Assembly: GCA_013265495.1 (NCBI GenBank)
Contig: MU058205.1
Location: forward strand, 198,312-262,311
Direction: 5' to 3'
DNA length: 64,000 nt
Source: Vicugna vicugna
Taxonomy: Eukaryota
Part shown: positions 50,930 to 64,000 of the stretch, one piece after another
How the letters are laid out: the number at the start of each line of letters is the position of its first letter
Numbering within the stretch: position 1 is the stretch's first letter
Made by a program: the position numbers and the translations under genes
Notes under the pieces: generated by a model
What the model saw: the letters and a program-made list of their open reading frames with translations, nothing else
Told to the model about the DNA's origin: nothing
Database searches by the model: none

Positions 50930-52665
50930 AAATAACCTTTTGTTGACATATAACAGATACACCAAAAAATGCACCAGCCGTGTGTGTATGGCCCAGTGTG
51001 TTTGCACAAGGGGAACACACCCACGTCATTCCACCCAGAAGAAGGCAAAACGGCGTGACCCCACGCCAGGCAGGATTCCTTTCCGAAAGCCATCACTACC
51101 TCACTTCAAATACCCTGACTTACTTTTGCCTGTTTTCAACTTTAATGTAAAACCTTATACAGTGTGTGCTCCCGTTTCTGGCTTCTCTTGTTCAACTTTA
51201 CATTTATATGATTCATTTACACGACTGCACATGACATACTCTTGCTGTGGAAGATTCCAGTGTATGAATATATCACAGTTTGTTCTATTGAGAGACATTT
51301 GAGCCGCTTCTTATTTTCACTGTTATAAACAATGCTGACATAAATATTTTCTGTTCGTGTCTTTCAGGGAGGGGACAGACAAACCCAGGAGTACAGAGTC
51401 TGACAAACAGCTGTCCAGGTGGGTGTGCCAGCCGACACTCTTGCCAGCCTGTTGCTTCACAGCTCACCAACTTGGGGTGCCATTGTCATAGGGAAAAACA
51501 AACCTGACTCCATATTAGATCTGCTCCTTGGTCTCTAACCCTGGGCTCTGTCTCCTGCGCTGAGTCACGCCGGCTCTGCACCTTTTGTAAAAGAATGTTG
51601 CCTAGAGCCTGAAATAGACAGGCCAGCCCATTCTCCAGGCTCTGACGTGAAGGGCACACCACTTTTCCACTCATATGGAGATAAAGAGTTGCAGAATAGA
51701 AAATAACATTTATCTCGTTGGAGGTTTCCCTAACCTGACCCATGGAGACAGCTGCAAGAACAAAGGATTCTGACACCAAGGAGTTTGCAACAACCAACCA
51801 CACCCCCCCCCCTTTTTAGTATAAAAGGAGCCTGAATTCTGACTTGCAGAAGATGGTTCTCCAGGACATTTGTTTGCCATTTTTTTCGGTCTGCTGACTT
51901 TCGAATAAAGTTATTATTCCTTCCTTGCCCCAACACCTCATCTCCCGACTTATTGGTTTGTCGTGTGGTGAGCAGACTCGGTCTCACCATCGGTCTTTTC
52001 ACGCGAGCCCGTCTGGTGGTTGTGCGGTGGCGTCTCATTACGGTTACAATTTGAATTTCCCTTGTGGTTAACAAGATTCAGTACCTTTTCTTATGTTTAT
52101 CATGATATTTGGATAATCTCATTTGTGAAGAGCTTATTCAGATCTCCTGCCAATTTTTCTACTGGGTTGTCTGTCCTTTTCACATTGACCCCTAGGAGTT
52201 CTTTATACATTTTTTATATGAGCTTTTTTCTTTTTTACATGTTGGAGCTAATCTTCTTTTTTCTCCTCGTAATGCTGTATTTTAATGAACAGAAGCCATG
52301 AATGTTAATATAGTCTAATTTATAAATGTTTTCCTTTGTGTCTCTTCTCTACTTCAGAGTCATGGTGACAGTCTCCAATGTTAAATTCTACACGCCTCGT
52401 TATTTTATCTTTCACGTTTTGTTCTGCAGTTCATTCAATATTGCTGCCTATAAAAGCCAAGATTATTATTTTGTGGATGTTCAAATGAATATCCAATTGA
52501 GCCAGCATTACGTATTTTTAAAAGATCCTTTCCCCATTGTTTTATGGGTCACCTTTGTCTTTGGTCATGTGTCCTTACCATGTGAGTCTATTTCTGTACT
52601 CTGCTCTGGTCCATTGGTCTGTCTGGTATGTTCTTGCTACAGAACCGCACTGTCTTACTGTCACC
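50930..52665 (-). mobile_element. Old L1 3' region interrupted by an LTR
   Basis: TTCCAGTGTATGAATATATCACAGTTTG, ATTTGAATTTCCC, ATATCCAATTGAGCCAGCATT. Confidence 0.65.
51484..51986 (+). mobile_element. ERV1-like solo LTR, family C copy 2
   Basis: TG...CA termini; perfect TSD CCAT (51480-51483, 51987-51990); TATA-like TATAAAA near 51820; AATAAA at 51904. Confidence 0.85.
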
Positions 52666-52674
52666 TTATGCTAA

Positions 52675-53100
52675 TGAAATAAGGAAAAACCTTTGTATTC
52701 TATTATAAGTTCAGCACTAAAGGGCTGTTGTCTATAAGCTTAAATTATGCATAATGCCCATCTCTGGGAATCCTGCCTCCCAGGTAATGAGCCTTAAACT
52801 GAAATACATTTTGACCAAGGCCAGTTGTGAATGGCTGCAGGATGGAAGCAATTAACACATCCCCTCTGGAGTTGGCCAGAACCAGGAAATATTTGCAACA
52901 ATTTATCACCTTTTCTACTTTACCTCCTTACCTCCCCCTCTTTGTTCTATAAAAGAAACTAGCATCCAAACCATGGGCAATGGTTCTTTGGGATGCTAGT
53001 CCACCATCTTCTCGCTGGTTCTATTCAGAAAGAATAAAGTGGTTATTCCTTGCCCCAACAAATTGTCTCTCAATTCATTGGCTTGTCATATCGAGCAGTA
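52675..53100 (+). mobile_element. ERV1-like LTR related to family C
   Basis: TGAAATAAGGAAAAAC start, TCTATAAAAG, and AATAAAGTGGTTATTCCTTGCCCCAACA shared with 51904-51935. Confidence 0.7.
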
Positions 53101-54221
53101 GGAAAGCACACAGTGTCCTCCTACTTAAGCGTCTGCAGTGATTTCCAAGATGTAACCTCAACCATTTCAAAAAGATGGTTCCCTCCACTGCTGCCACTTC
53201 TCACCCCCACTTCCCACATCCCCTAAAGCTGCCCTCCATCTCTTTGTGGGCTTACTCATAGTTCTCAGAACACAGAGAACTTTCCCCTCTGCTCTCCTGC
53301 CTAGGACCCTCCTCCTTCTTCTGGGGGTGGCCTTCCTCCCGCCTCTCCTCTTTTGGACTGATCCAGGTCCCCACACCCATGAAGTTGTCTTGACATCACA
53401 GCCTGTGACACTCCCCCTCAGAGGGCATTGGGAGCCTTCCTGTTGCCTTTCAAAGGGTCAAGAAACCTTTATGGGAAGAATGTGAAAATGGAAAATGTTC
53501 TCTCTGTTAATTTAATTTCAGTTTAATTGGGAAGAAGACTCCCTCTAGTATTTCATTACAGCCCGGTGAGCCGTCTGCTGGGAGAAGCTCTAGGTGGTCC
53601 CTCTGCCGTCTGCCCCCCGTCTGACCTCACACCCTCCTGTCTAGCACCAAGGGAGGACATTTTGGTCACCGGGTGGCAGTCAGCCTTGGGCTTCCTGGAG
53701 AATGTCCACATGAATGGGCAGCTTGAATTGAGCCTCTTTTTGTGTGATGTTAAACCCTGGGGATCTATTAACTAGGTCTGGGCCATTACCTCATTTCACA
53801 AATACTGTAATGGTCAAAGAATTTCTAAACTTCTGACCCAAGTGAAGAATTGATGACCTGGCCTCCTTCCTGCCTTGCCCTCTGTTCTCCGAATAATCTG
53901 ACTTCATGCACCTATCCATTATGCCACACTCTTGTGGCAGTTTTCACCCCAGGTTTTATCAGAAAGGACATCGATACGGTGTCCTGGACAACAGGCAAAT
54001 GGGCATTCCCCCTCTGGCCCTGGCTCTTACCCACTGTCTGCCCTTGGGCAGGTGCAGTAAGCCTTTTAAGGGAGTGATAATGACCACACGGGATTATTTT
54101 GAATATTGAATGAAATAATACCCAGTACATAATAAACACTCAATGAGTGTTAACCATAATTTGAATATTGTAAACTCTTTCTAAAACTGTAGAGTGACAA
54201 GTTTGAAATGTTCACTTTACA

Positions 54222-54266
54222 ATCTAAATGCCCATCGACAGATGACTGGATAAAGAAGTTGTGGTA

Positions 54267-54314
<48 letters not shown>

Positions 54315-54777
54315 CTGATGGAATATTACTCAAGCATGAAAACAGAATAAAATAATGCCATTTGCAGCAACATGGATGGACATGGAGATTGTCATTCTAA
54401 GTGAAGTAAGCCAGAAAGAGAAAGAAAAATACTATATGCTGCCACTCATAAGTGGAATCTAAAAAAATGACACAGATGAACTTACAAAACAGAAACAAGC
54501 TCACTGTCATAGAAAACAAACTTATGGCTACTGGGGGGAAGGGAGGGATGGAGGGATAAATTAGGAATTCAGGATTTGCAGATGCTGACTACTATATATA
54601 AAATAAATAACCAACAAGGTCCTACTACACAGCACAGGAGACTGTATTTGACACCTTATAATAACCTATAATGAAAAAGAATATGAAAAGGAATATATAT
54701 ATGTATAACTGAATCACTATGAACACTAGAACTTAACACAACATTGTAAATTGGCTATACTTCAAATTTTTAAAAAA
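54222..54777 (+). mobile_element. Young L1 3' end with internal (TG)n(TA)n
   Basis: Parallels 12150-12660. Confidence 0.9.
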
Positions 54778-56716
54778 TGCTCGCGTTATGCTAATTGCGG
54801 ATGTAACAGGGTGGATTTAAAAACCGCTCCCTCCATTCATTCAACAAGTGCCAGGGAGCGCCGGTGCGCAGGCGCTGTGCGGCCCCGGGCCCATGCGGAT
54901 GCTCCAAGGGGCCGGAGCCTCCCGGGGTCCTGCTGTGAGACACAGCACCTGAGTGAGGGCGAGGTGAGGACAGCGGGCCGTACACAGCGGCTCCGGCTCT
55001 GAACTGCAAAAGGCCTCAGATTTGGGCTGCTTACTGGCTACTGGCCAAGGGCAACAGTGGGTAATTTTATTCCATTCCCCTGGCGGCATATGTCAGGAGG
55101 AGGTTACAGCCAGGGGGAGGGTCCTTCAACACCAGGACCTGCCGGTGTCTCATCCAGGCCTCAGATGGCTGGCTCGTGTCCCCCATTCAGTATTTATCTC
55201 GTACAGCTTAATAAATAATTACCAGGATATACAGTCAGTGTTGCTGTGAGGATGCAGAGGAAATGTGCAAAGGAGATTTAGTCATGAGGTGGGAGTGGGT
55301 CTCCGCCTCCTTGGCCTCGCATGTGTATGTATGCTTGGCCTGCAACATGTGTGCTCAGTGACGTGTGACCTGAGTGCTGAATTCCTGTGACAGGTGTGCC
55401 CCACAAATGGCCTCCCCACGGCCCCTCACCACCCAGTTAGAATCTCGTCTACTCCTGTTTCCCTCCATTTCTTCCCACCTGGGAGCCTCATTGGAACCCG
55501 ACTTTCCTTGGCACATCCCCGGGCACAGCCTGGAGTCGGCCTCCCTGTCCCGAGACAGCCCTCTGGGGCGTTTGGGCCACGTCCAGTCTACTCTTCATTG
55601 AACCGTATTTCCTCATCAATAGAGCGCATTCACTCTTTAGTGATAAGGCCCAAAGGTGAACCGGGGGAGCCAATCGTGAGCCCCCATTCTCAGTATTGTT
55701 CTGGACCTGAGGCCAGGACCCCTGCCCTTCAGCTGCTCTGAAGGCTTCACCCTCTCCTCTCCCTGGGAGGCCTGGCAGCAGTGAGGACCCCTTGCTGCCT
55801 CGTCCCTGGAGAATGTACATTAGTCCTTGACTAACAAGGTAGCAGGAGGTCCCAAGCGAAATCTGCCTCCAGCTTGGTCTGAGGTTTTGCTCTGCTTTTC
55901 CATTTCCTCGCTTGGCTCCAAACCCATTATCCTCTGGCTGAGGCAGCCTCTGCCTGGTGACGGCCTCCTCGCCTTCCTCTGCCTTTGCTCTGATCCCAGG
56001 TCAGTCCCCGCAGAGCCCCCACGCCCCCGGGGCTGAGGAGCACGGGCCCTGCTGCGGTGCGGGCCGACCCGTGCGTGCTGACCAGCCCTGCGGGCCATCA
56101 GTACAGCCCAAGGGACCCCCACTGAACAGAGAAAATCTAAAAGAAGCAAAGGGAAGGCAGAGAAAGGACCTGGTGGAGGATGAAAGGGGTCAGCACGGAG
56201 ACAGTTCAGAAAACACAGAAGTCACCTCCAGGGCTCTTCTGCCCAGCGAGAGACGCCCAGAGCCTCGCCAGGGCCAAGCTTTCCCCTGATGTCCTGTTCT
56301 GTCCCAGGCCTGGGCTCTCCTCTCCTGCTCCCCCTGTCAGCTTCCAGTGAACACCGAAAGGCACGGAAGCTCCGACAAGGGGCTCAGCCTAGGGACCACG
56401 AGTTCTCAAGCAAGCCCCGATTTCTGCGGCTGCCGAGGCTCGGACAGGTTCTGGGGGCGCGTCCTTCCTTGTCCTGAGTTTCCTGCCTACAATTCCATCC
56501 TGAGGCCCTGTTCCAGCCAGGGGGGCCAAAATGCTAGTGACCAGAATGGGAGACTCTGCACAGGCTGCCAGCTCTCCAGGGCCTGCACGCTGTCACGTGA
56601 TCGGGGAGAGGCTGCCTGGGTCCTGGCAGGAGCACCTCCTCCCTTGCCTCCTGCACCCCTCCACCCCAACTTTCCTCTCTTCCACCCACTTCACACACAG
56701 CCCATCCCAAACCTAA

Positions 56717-57262
56717 CTTTTTAAAATGTATTTTTATTGACATATAGTCAGTTTACAATGTTGTGTCAATTTCTGGTGTACAGTGTAATGCTTCAGTCAT
56801 CCATGAACATACGTATATTCGTTTTCATATTTTTTCACCATAAGTTACTACGAGATATTGAATATGGTTCCCTGTGCTGTACAGTATGAACTTGTTGTCC
56901 CTCTAGTTTATATATATTAGTATCTGCAAATCTCGAACTTCCAATTTATTCCTTCCCACACCCTTCCCCCCACCCCAGTAATCATAAGTTTGTTTTCTAT
57001 GTCTATAAGTCTGTTTCTGTTTTGTAAATAATTCATTTGTGTCTTTTTTTTAGATTCCACATATGAGTGATATCATATGGTATTTTTCTTTCTCTTTCTG
57101 CCTTGCTTCACTTAGAATGATGATCTCCAGGTCCATCCACATTGCTGCAAATGGCATTATTTATATTTTTTATAGTAGTATTCCATTGTATAAATATACC
57201 ACAGCTTCTTTATCCAGTCATCTGTCCATGGACATTTAGGTTGTTTCCATGTCTTGGCAATC
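56717..57262 (-). mobile_element. Young L1 3' end
   Basis: Reverse complement of about 12130-12660. Confidence 0.9.
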
Positions 57263-60200
57263 ATGTCTGCAAAACGGCTGGTACAGTCGATATTGGTCAC
57301 AGACTAGGTCTGCTTCCGGGTTTCATTAGTTCTTTGTCAGCCTCCTAAGGAAAGAGGAGCAACACTGTTAGCGTTCTGGTCACCCACTGGGCATTCGGGA
57401 ATTGTTTTCAGGGGTCAGTGAGTACACTGTACACCAGGAATGAACACAACATTGGAAACCGACTGTATTTCAATTAAAAAAAAACTTTAAAAAAATTAGT
57501 CCATGAATATATATTTGTCTCATGAGATTAAATGAAGAATCATTTCCTCCACAGTTCGTGCATTCCCCCCATGCCTCCTCCGTGCCTCACCATGTACTGG
57601 GTCCTGGGGTCGTGACGTGCCCAGGACACTGGGAGATTGTGTGGTTGCTGCCGCATTGAGGAAGCACGCGGTGTCTCAAACGGGACGTGCCTGCTAACAA
57701 GGGTGATGACCACAGGCCTGCACGTGGCCTGAGAATCAAGGTCAGGGGTTCTGGCCCAGATCTGTGTGGTCCCAGAGACTCACCAGGTCCCCATCCTATC
57801 TCTGTGATTCTTCTGCCCGACAGGAGGCAGAGAGGAGATGCTTCAAGTGGAAGAATCTGAACCCACTTCTAAGTGTCACTGTCAATCTCTCACCAAGACA
57901 CGGTGTTCTCTGCTCGCTGTGGGCGGCGGGGCCCCCCAGGTGGCTCTCACACGTGCCTGCTTGTCCACGCTGACTCTAACGGCCTCTAGAAAGCCCGCTC
58001 ACAAGCTTGAGGTCGAAGGCTGGGGTTTTATCTGCCCTTCTCCAGAAGGCTGCAGCTTTTCTATTTAAAATTAGTCCCTTTTCCTTTTTAGCCCAGCTCT
58101 CTTTAAGGGTGTGATGACAGGATCTGCTCATTACCACTTAAGATGACTCCACTGCAATGACCAAGATCTCGGCACAGATTATTCACCTAAGTTTCTGGTT
58201 TGCGGGGCTGTCTGTTGACTGAAGGTCATCCGGGCAGGTGAGCAGAGGGGAGGGAAGTAGGGGCAGAATTCAGGCCCCTCCCTTCTCCTGCCGGGCATTT
58301 CATCATCTGCTTCCTCACTGGCACCTGCGCTCCTCTTGGCCCACAGCTAAGCAAGCTCTTGAAGAAAGGTATGGCAAACCCAGTCATCCATGGTTACAGT
58401 CGATGAGAATTTATGTGCAACCCCACGAAGGTTTTTTAAAAGGGGTCAACGCCTCAATTGAAAAGAAAGTGTCTCTGATTATGGAATTTCAGGCCTGGGA
58501 ATGTAATGAGAGAGAGGGAGAGAGTGTTGAGCGGGCAGAAGAGGGGTGGGAGACGGAGGTAGGCAGGAGGCTTTTTTCAGCCCTGGAAACTAAATTGTCT
58601 TCATTCATTCAAAGTTGATTGTGCAGTTATGTGCCGAGCATTGTATAAGCACTGGGGATTTAGAAATAAAGGCCAGAATCCCTAGCCTCATTTTGTAACC
58701 AATTAATGAGACCGCTATGGCCCTTGGAACATTTAGGGTTTTCATTTGTTTTTGAAAATTTACATCTTAATTGCTTTACGTCAGGAGTCATCATCATTCT
58801 GCTCTCTGGAATCCACAGACCACTTAGAAGAAGTTCTGCTTCCTAAAGATGCTTTAAAAGGTCATTTGTGCAATCAGCAATCATTAATTCCATGCCAGCT
58901 GAGTGCCCACTGCGCACTAGGCTGCACACAGCCTACGTGCTAAGTGCAGAGGCACAGCCATTTCCGCCTCCAGGAAACCCGGAGGAGAGCCCACTGGCCA
59001 GCCCCGCTCTTTGCATCTATGACCAGACAGGCTGTATTCCCCAAGCTTTCTTTCCTTTCTTGCCAAACAGCTGTCAATTTTCTGTGCCTGCTACCCCTCC
59101 TCTGAGTGAGGGGAGCTCTCACGGGTCCCAGGGGAAGCTGGCTTCCTCCAGGCGTTTGGCCCCACTTGGGCTGTGGTCCCTTGACTGCGTGGGTTTGCTG
59201 ACCCAGCCCATCAGGAGTGACTTGGGCCCAGGGCCTCGTCTCAGGACAAATGTCTGGCACCCGCTCAGGTCCCAAAGGCTTCGGAGTTAAAGCATGTGAC
59301 AAATGGAACCAGAGTGGAGCATTTTCTCAGGAAGGAAGCTTGCAGAGACTTCAGGAAGGGCAGACACAGAGCTGGTCAAGATGCAGCCACTACTGGGCAC
59401 CCAGCATTTTCAGCTGAATAACTGGAGTGGTTCCTTTCCCCTCCAAACTCATCACTTTGAAAACCAGCTCCTCAGCTCTGGACTGTCTCCCAGCAAAGCC
59501 TTGACCTTCCGTGAGCCCAGCAAGTCAGACAGCTGGCAAAGGAAGAACAGAGGGGCAGGGCGGTGTGCCTGGGGCTGCACAGCATCATTAGGGCGCTTCT
59601 CCTCTCACTTGCGCAGGAGGGGCACCAGGCGGGGCTGGTCCCAGCATAGGTAGCATGTACCAGGCCCGGCTCGGACCCACACAATGCACGGCAGGATGTG
59701 ATGCAGGCCGGTCCCTGGCTTTGCAAGTCCCCAAGCACAAGCTCCAGTCCCTGCAGCATCCTCAAGCCAGCAGTGTCCAAATGCAAACATGGTGGTGGAG
59801 GCCCCTCCCTGCATCTTTGGGGACTGGAAGCAGTTGGAGCAAAGAAAGCTGAGAATAAGCAACCTCTCTGCCTGTGTATCAGTTTAACTCCTTCATTGTC
59901 GTATTCATGTCAACTCCGTGAGCATTCACTGGGGCCACACACTTTCTAAGCGCTGAGGGAAACAAAGGTGGGGAAAAACCAGCAGCCCTCCCGCTCAGGG
60001 CTTGATCATCCATAGCAGAACGTAAAAAATACACTTTACACTGTGACCCAGTGTGCGCATGCCCCACCCCACCACAGGACGAACGAGAGTTCTACAAAAC
60101 AAGTTTTACAAAACAAGCTGCCGCATAACTGTGTGTGGTGCATCCTGACCTGATCTGTTCTGTTCTCTTTTTAATACTGGGCACACTCACTGCATGGATT

Positions 60201-61199
60201 TCTTGACTGACTAACGGACCGCGAGGAGGAGTTTGCTGAACGCTGCATCCCACGCTTTCATCGGCATGAGAACCAAGTGAACAAACACTCAGCATCTCCC
60301 GTTCGTCAGCAGAGCCCTCCCGTGCTGGGCGGAGGGGGCACCTGGCTCAGCTGGAGCAGGTGGGCGGGGGCATCCGAGGACATGCGGCTGAGGAGGGGGA
60401 ACTAACTGGGTCCCGACAGCAGGTCGGAGGTCACTGGGAAGTGATGCCGTGTGAGGAGCGTCTTGGACTGGGTGCAGGGGAGATGTGGCAGAAAGGCTCC
60501 TGCATCTTCACTACTGAATTCAAGGAATGCCTAGTATTTGGTCTCTTGGGGACCATTTACTATTTGGGCTGTTTAGGCAGAACGAACTACTCACATAAGT
60601 ATCAGTGCATTATACAATGTAATAGATACTCTGTGTCACACTGCGGTGTGTGCGGCACACTGAGCTGTGTTGTACGGGGTGGTTCACACCGCCCGCCACA
60701 TGGTGTGTGTATTATACTGCACATTGTGTGCTGAGCACATGGATGATTGATTGCTCAAATGCAGTAAGATGATATGAGAATCACATAATGTGGATTCTAT
60801 TATCACATCGATGGTTATTAACGAGGATGTTCTGAAGAAGCACCGCCCAAGCCATCCTGCTGGCCAAACCATACGACTCAATCCAGGAAGGGTGGATGGG
60901 GCCTGAGGGTGGTTCCGTTTCCAAGGTGTGGTCTGTCTGGGATCAGGCGGAATCGGAACTGCCCTGTGGCCATTCCTTCATTCCTAGAGAAGGAGGGCTC
61001 TGCTTGCTCTGCGGACGGAGGGAGGGGCAGGCGGGGCAGCCTCCCCGAGCAAGGGGCCAGGAACTCGCCGCCTGGGCTGGAGCAAACTCGCTCAGGAACG
61101 GAATCTCAAATGCATGGCAGAGGCTAACCAAACAGACAGTGGGAAGGGCGCCAGGTGTCAGGGGACCCGAGCAAAGGCACGGTGGCAGGTAGATGATCA

Positions 61200-61545
61200 C
61201 CTTGGATGTGTTGGCTTGAAACAGCGGATGTGTAGGTCCTCACAGCTCTGGAGGCTCCCATTCCAAGATCAAGGTGTCGGCGGGGTGGTTTCTCCTGGAG
61301 CCTCTCTCCTTGGTGTGTAGATGCCGTCTTCTCCCTGTCTTCAAACTGCCCTCCCTTTGTGTGAGTCTGTGTCATCTCCTCTTTTATAAAGAGGCCAGTC
61401 AGATGGGATGGGGGCCCACCCTGATGGCCTCATTGAACTTCATTACCTTTTTAAAGATCCTGTCTCCAGACAGTCACATTCCGAGGTAAGAGGGGTCAGG
61501 ACTTCAACACATGAATTCAGGGGGACACAATTCCTCCCGTAACCC
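61200..61545 (-). mobile_element. MaLR LTR (MLT1-like)
   Basis: CTCACAGCTCTGGAGGCT...AAGATCAAGGTGTCGG...GGGGGACACAATTC. Confidence 0.8.
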
Positions 61546-63889
61546 TGGGGAAGGACAGGCAGACAGTCCCCCCAGCGGGAGCTGAGTCTGGAGACGTGGG
61601 TCAACGCCAGGACTTTGTTCTGGAGACGGCAGGGACTTTGAGGGTCACAGCGCTTGAAACACAGCTCTCGCACTTGGCCGCTGTTTGAGCTTGGACCTGC
61701 TGCTTGACCTCTGAGCCACAGTTACCCTCTTTGTAAAACTGGGACAAAACTATCTACCTAACGGGGTTTATTGTGAAAATGGAACATTTCTAAAGCAACC
61801 TTGCAGAGTCTGGCAAGCAAGGGGTGTACCCCACGATAATTCAGTGAAAAGGAGTGGGAATAGGGCTGCAGAGCACAGGGGAAAGGCTACCGAGGGCCGG
61901 CACTCAGGTGGTAGTTTACACCTGGGCCCTGCCCAGGGCGGACGGCACAGGGATGCTTGATGACACCAAGCTTGGGGACGTCAGCAGATGAAGCAGCACT
62001 GCTCAAAGTGTGGCCTGTGGATCACCCGCTTCAGACACCCTGGCCCAGAGGCAGACCACCTCTGTCTGACTCAGAAGAGAGATCTGCATTCTAATGGGCC
62101 TCCCAAAAGCTCCCGCCATCAGCCTGGAGCCCCGCAGGTACCAGGAGTGGAGAGAGGAGGGGAGGAACCCACAAAAGAGACAGAAAAAATGTTGGCCTGT
62201 TGTCCATGTTTCTCACCTGGGTCTCCCAGATGCACCTATGGGGTGCGGGGGGCCCTGTCTCACCACACCTCCCCCTCTGGCATTGCTGGGAACATGGCGT
62301 GTGAAGCTGGGAGTCCTGCCTGCCTGGCAGACAATCCAAATATCCACAGTCTGCTCCCTTGCTAAGCTGGCCACTGGCCTCCACCAGCAAAGAGGGGCCT
62401 TTGCCTGGCCGTGGCAGCTCCCCCACGAGTCAGGTTTCTAGAGAAAAAGCTAAACATGACCTGCTCACTTCTAGGATGGAGGGATCGTGGGGGACCAAGC
62501 TTGTGCCCTCTTCCAGAGGTTTAATGAGCACAATCATTAAAGCCATTAGTCGGGGTCCTCATGTCCCCAGCTGACCTGGTATCCCCGTGGTTCTTTAATT
62601 AAGCTCAAATGATGAGACCCCCAGGTGTCTCCACAGAGCGGCCACCAGATGAGCTAGTTTGCCCCTGGCCGTTACCCTGGGAGGACAACTGGTTCTCTGG
62701 AAGATGGTCTAACGTGAGTCTGCCCCTTGGCTGAGCTAAGGAAGGCTCTCAGCTCCTCCCAATCCGGAGCACAGCGGTCTAGAGTGAGACGGGCGTTGCT
62801 AGGAGAGAGAGCAGGGAGATGCCAAGGGAGGGACCGTCACTTCCCAGCCTGAGCAGAGCTCACCCCTCCCCCGCCTCCCGCCCCCACACAAGGGAACGTG
62901 TGCTCGCACACACACACTGGGACACACGCAGACAAACACAGACACACGTGCACACAAAGCTTCCGGAGGCCCGCGTGGCAGGCATCACCTTCTCAGGGGA
63001 CCTGAATTATTGTGCTATTGCTGCATTCAAGTCCGTCTAACTGCGTTCTGCTAGAATTGAGGTCATGGGTCTGGCTGCAAGCTATGTTCAGCTGCTATCT
63101 GCCTTTGTGTTACTTATGAGGAGAGAGTTAAAAAGGTAATTCACAGGATACATGAGATTAGAGCAATTTCCATTTACTGGGCTTAGACTCCCTGTTTCGC
63201 GCCATCGGTGTTGGCCGCAAATTACAAGTGAATTGATGTTTCATTTCACGCTCTGCCTGGTGCTTGCTTAGAAATGTTTGCTAAAGCTGAGTCCAGTTAC
63301 CTTCATGTGAATGGAACAGACTGTCATTTCTTAAGAAAAGAGCCTGCCTGTCAGACATGCCTAACACGGCGGACCACCCCGCCGTCTCCAGTTTGTCGTG
63401 CCTGGCCACTTCCCCAGGGTGGAAGCCCCTGCGCCTGGATTCTGCAGACCTGGCTCTAAAGAGGCCACTCTGTGGGGAGAGGTCCTGGGGAGGGCGGCCT
63501 GGAGCTGACCTGCACAGCTGAGAGATAGCAGAAGCAGGTGACCCCGTCGCCCAGCTGACAAGGAGGTGGCTGTGGGCTCTCTGCGCGGGGCTCAGCTCAG
63601 GGAGAGCCCCCTGTGCAGCCCCCTGACCTCAATGGGACAACAGCTGAGACCTCCTCACTTAAGCAGGACCAAAATAATTATACACTATAGACTAACTTAA
63701 AGGCCAGAAATGTGCCAGGCCCTCTAATAATATAGAGATGAATCTAGACTGTGACCAGTGGCGGAGAGACAGGTGGACTCACCACGTGGAGGCAGAGGCC
63801 TCAGAAGTAGCACAGGTGGTGTCCCAGCAGCGCGGAGGGCGCCCCCGGCAGCGCGGCGAGCAGGGAGCTTTCCCTCCAGGTGGGCGCCT

Positions 63890-64000
63890 CTTCCTGGAAA
63901 GGGCCAGGCAGTAAGCGTTTTAGGCTGTGTGGGCCACACCACTTTCGTCTTAGCTCTGACACCGTAGCAGAGGGCGGCACCCATGGGTGTGTGGCCATGA
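63890..64000 (+). mobile_element. hAT MITE, MER58-like
   Basis: AAAGGGCCAGGCAGTAAGCGTTTTAGGCTGTGTGGGCCAC. Confidence 0.55.

Noticed and set aside
1..64000. CRISPR arrays, operons or other prokaryotic systems
   Set aside because: The sequence is mammalian, and no regularly spaced repeat-spacer array is visible.

Overview
Mammalian genomic DNA, most likely camelid: it carries several tRNA-derived SINEs of the Vic-1 type and a matching young L1 3' end. Much of the window is transposable-element sequence: L1, L2 and MIR LINE/SINE relics, many solo LTRs (ERV1-like with 4-bp TSDs, MaLR/MLT1, MER21, LTR16-like), Tigger1 and hAT MITEs. There are two assembly gaps (11914-11942, 49647-49997). I recognise no known protein-coding gene, and most ORF-track entries look like chance ORFs or L1 ORF2 debris. 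The best lead is an unidentified + strand two-exon Glu/Gly-rich ORF (19465-19749 joined to 21084-21171) with canonical, phase-compatible splice sites. Other leads are three young local tandem duplications (185, 380 and about 870 bp), nested TE insertions, two atypical L1 insertions, candidate exons of further spliced transcripts, a small CpG-rich promoter-like patch and several enhancer-like motif clusters. Repeat family names come from recalled consensus sequences, not from a database search.
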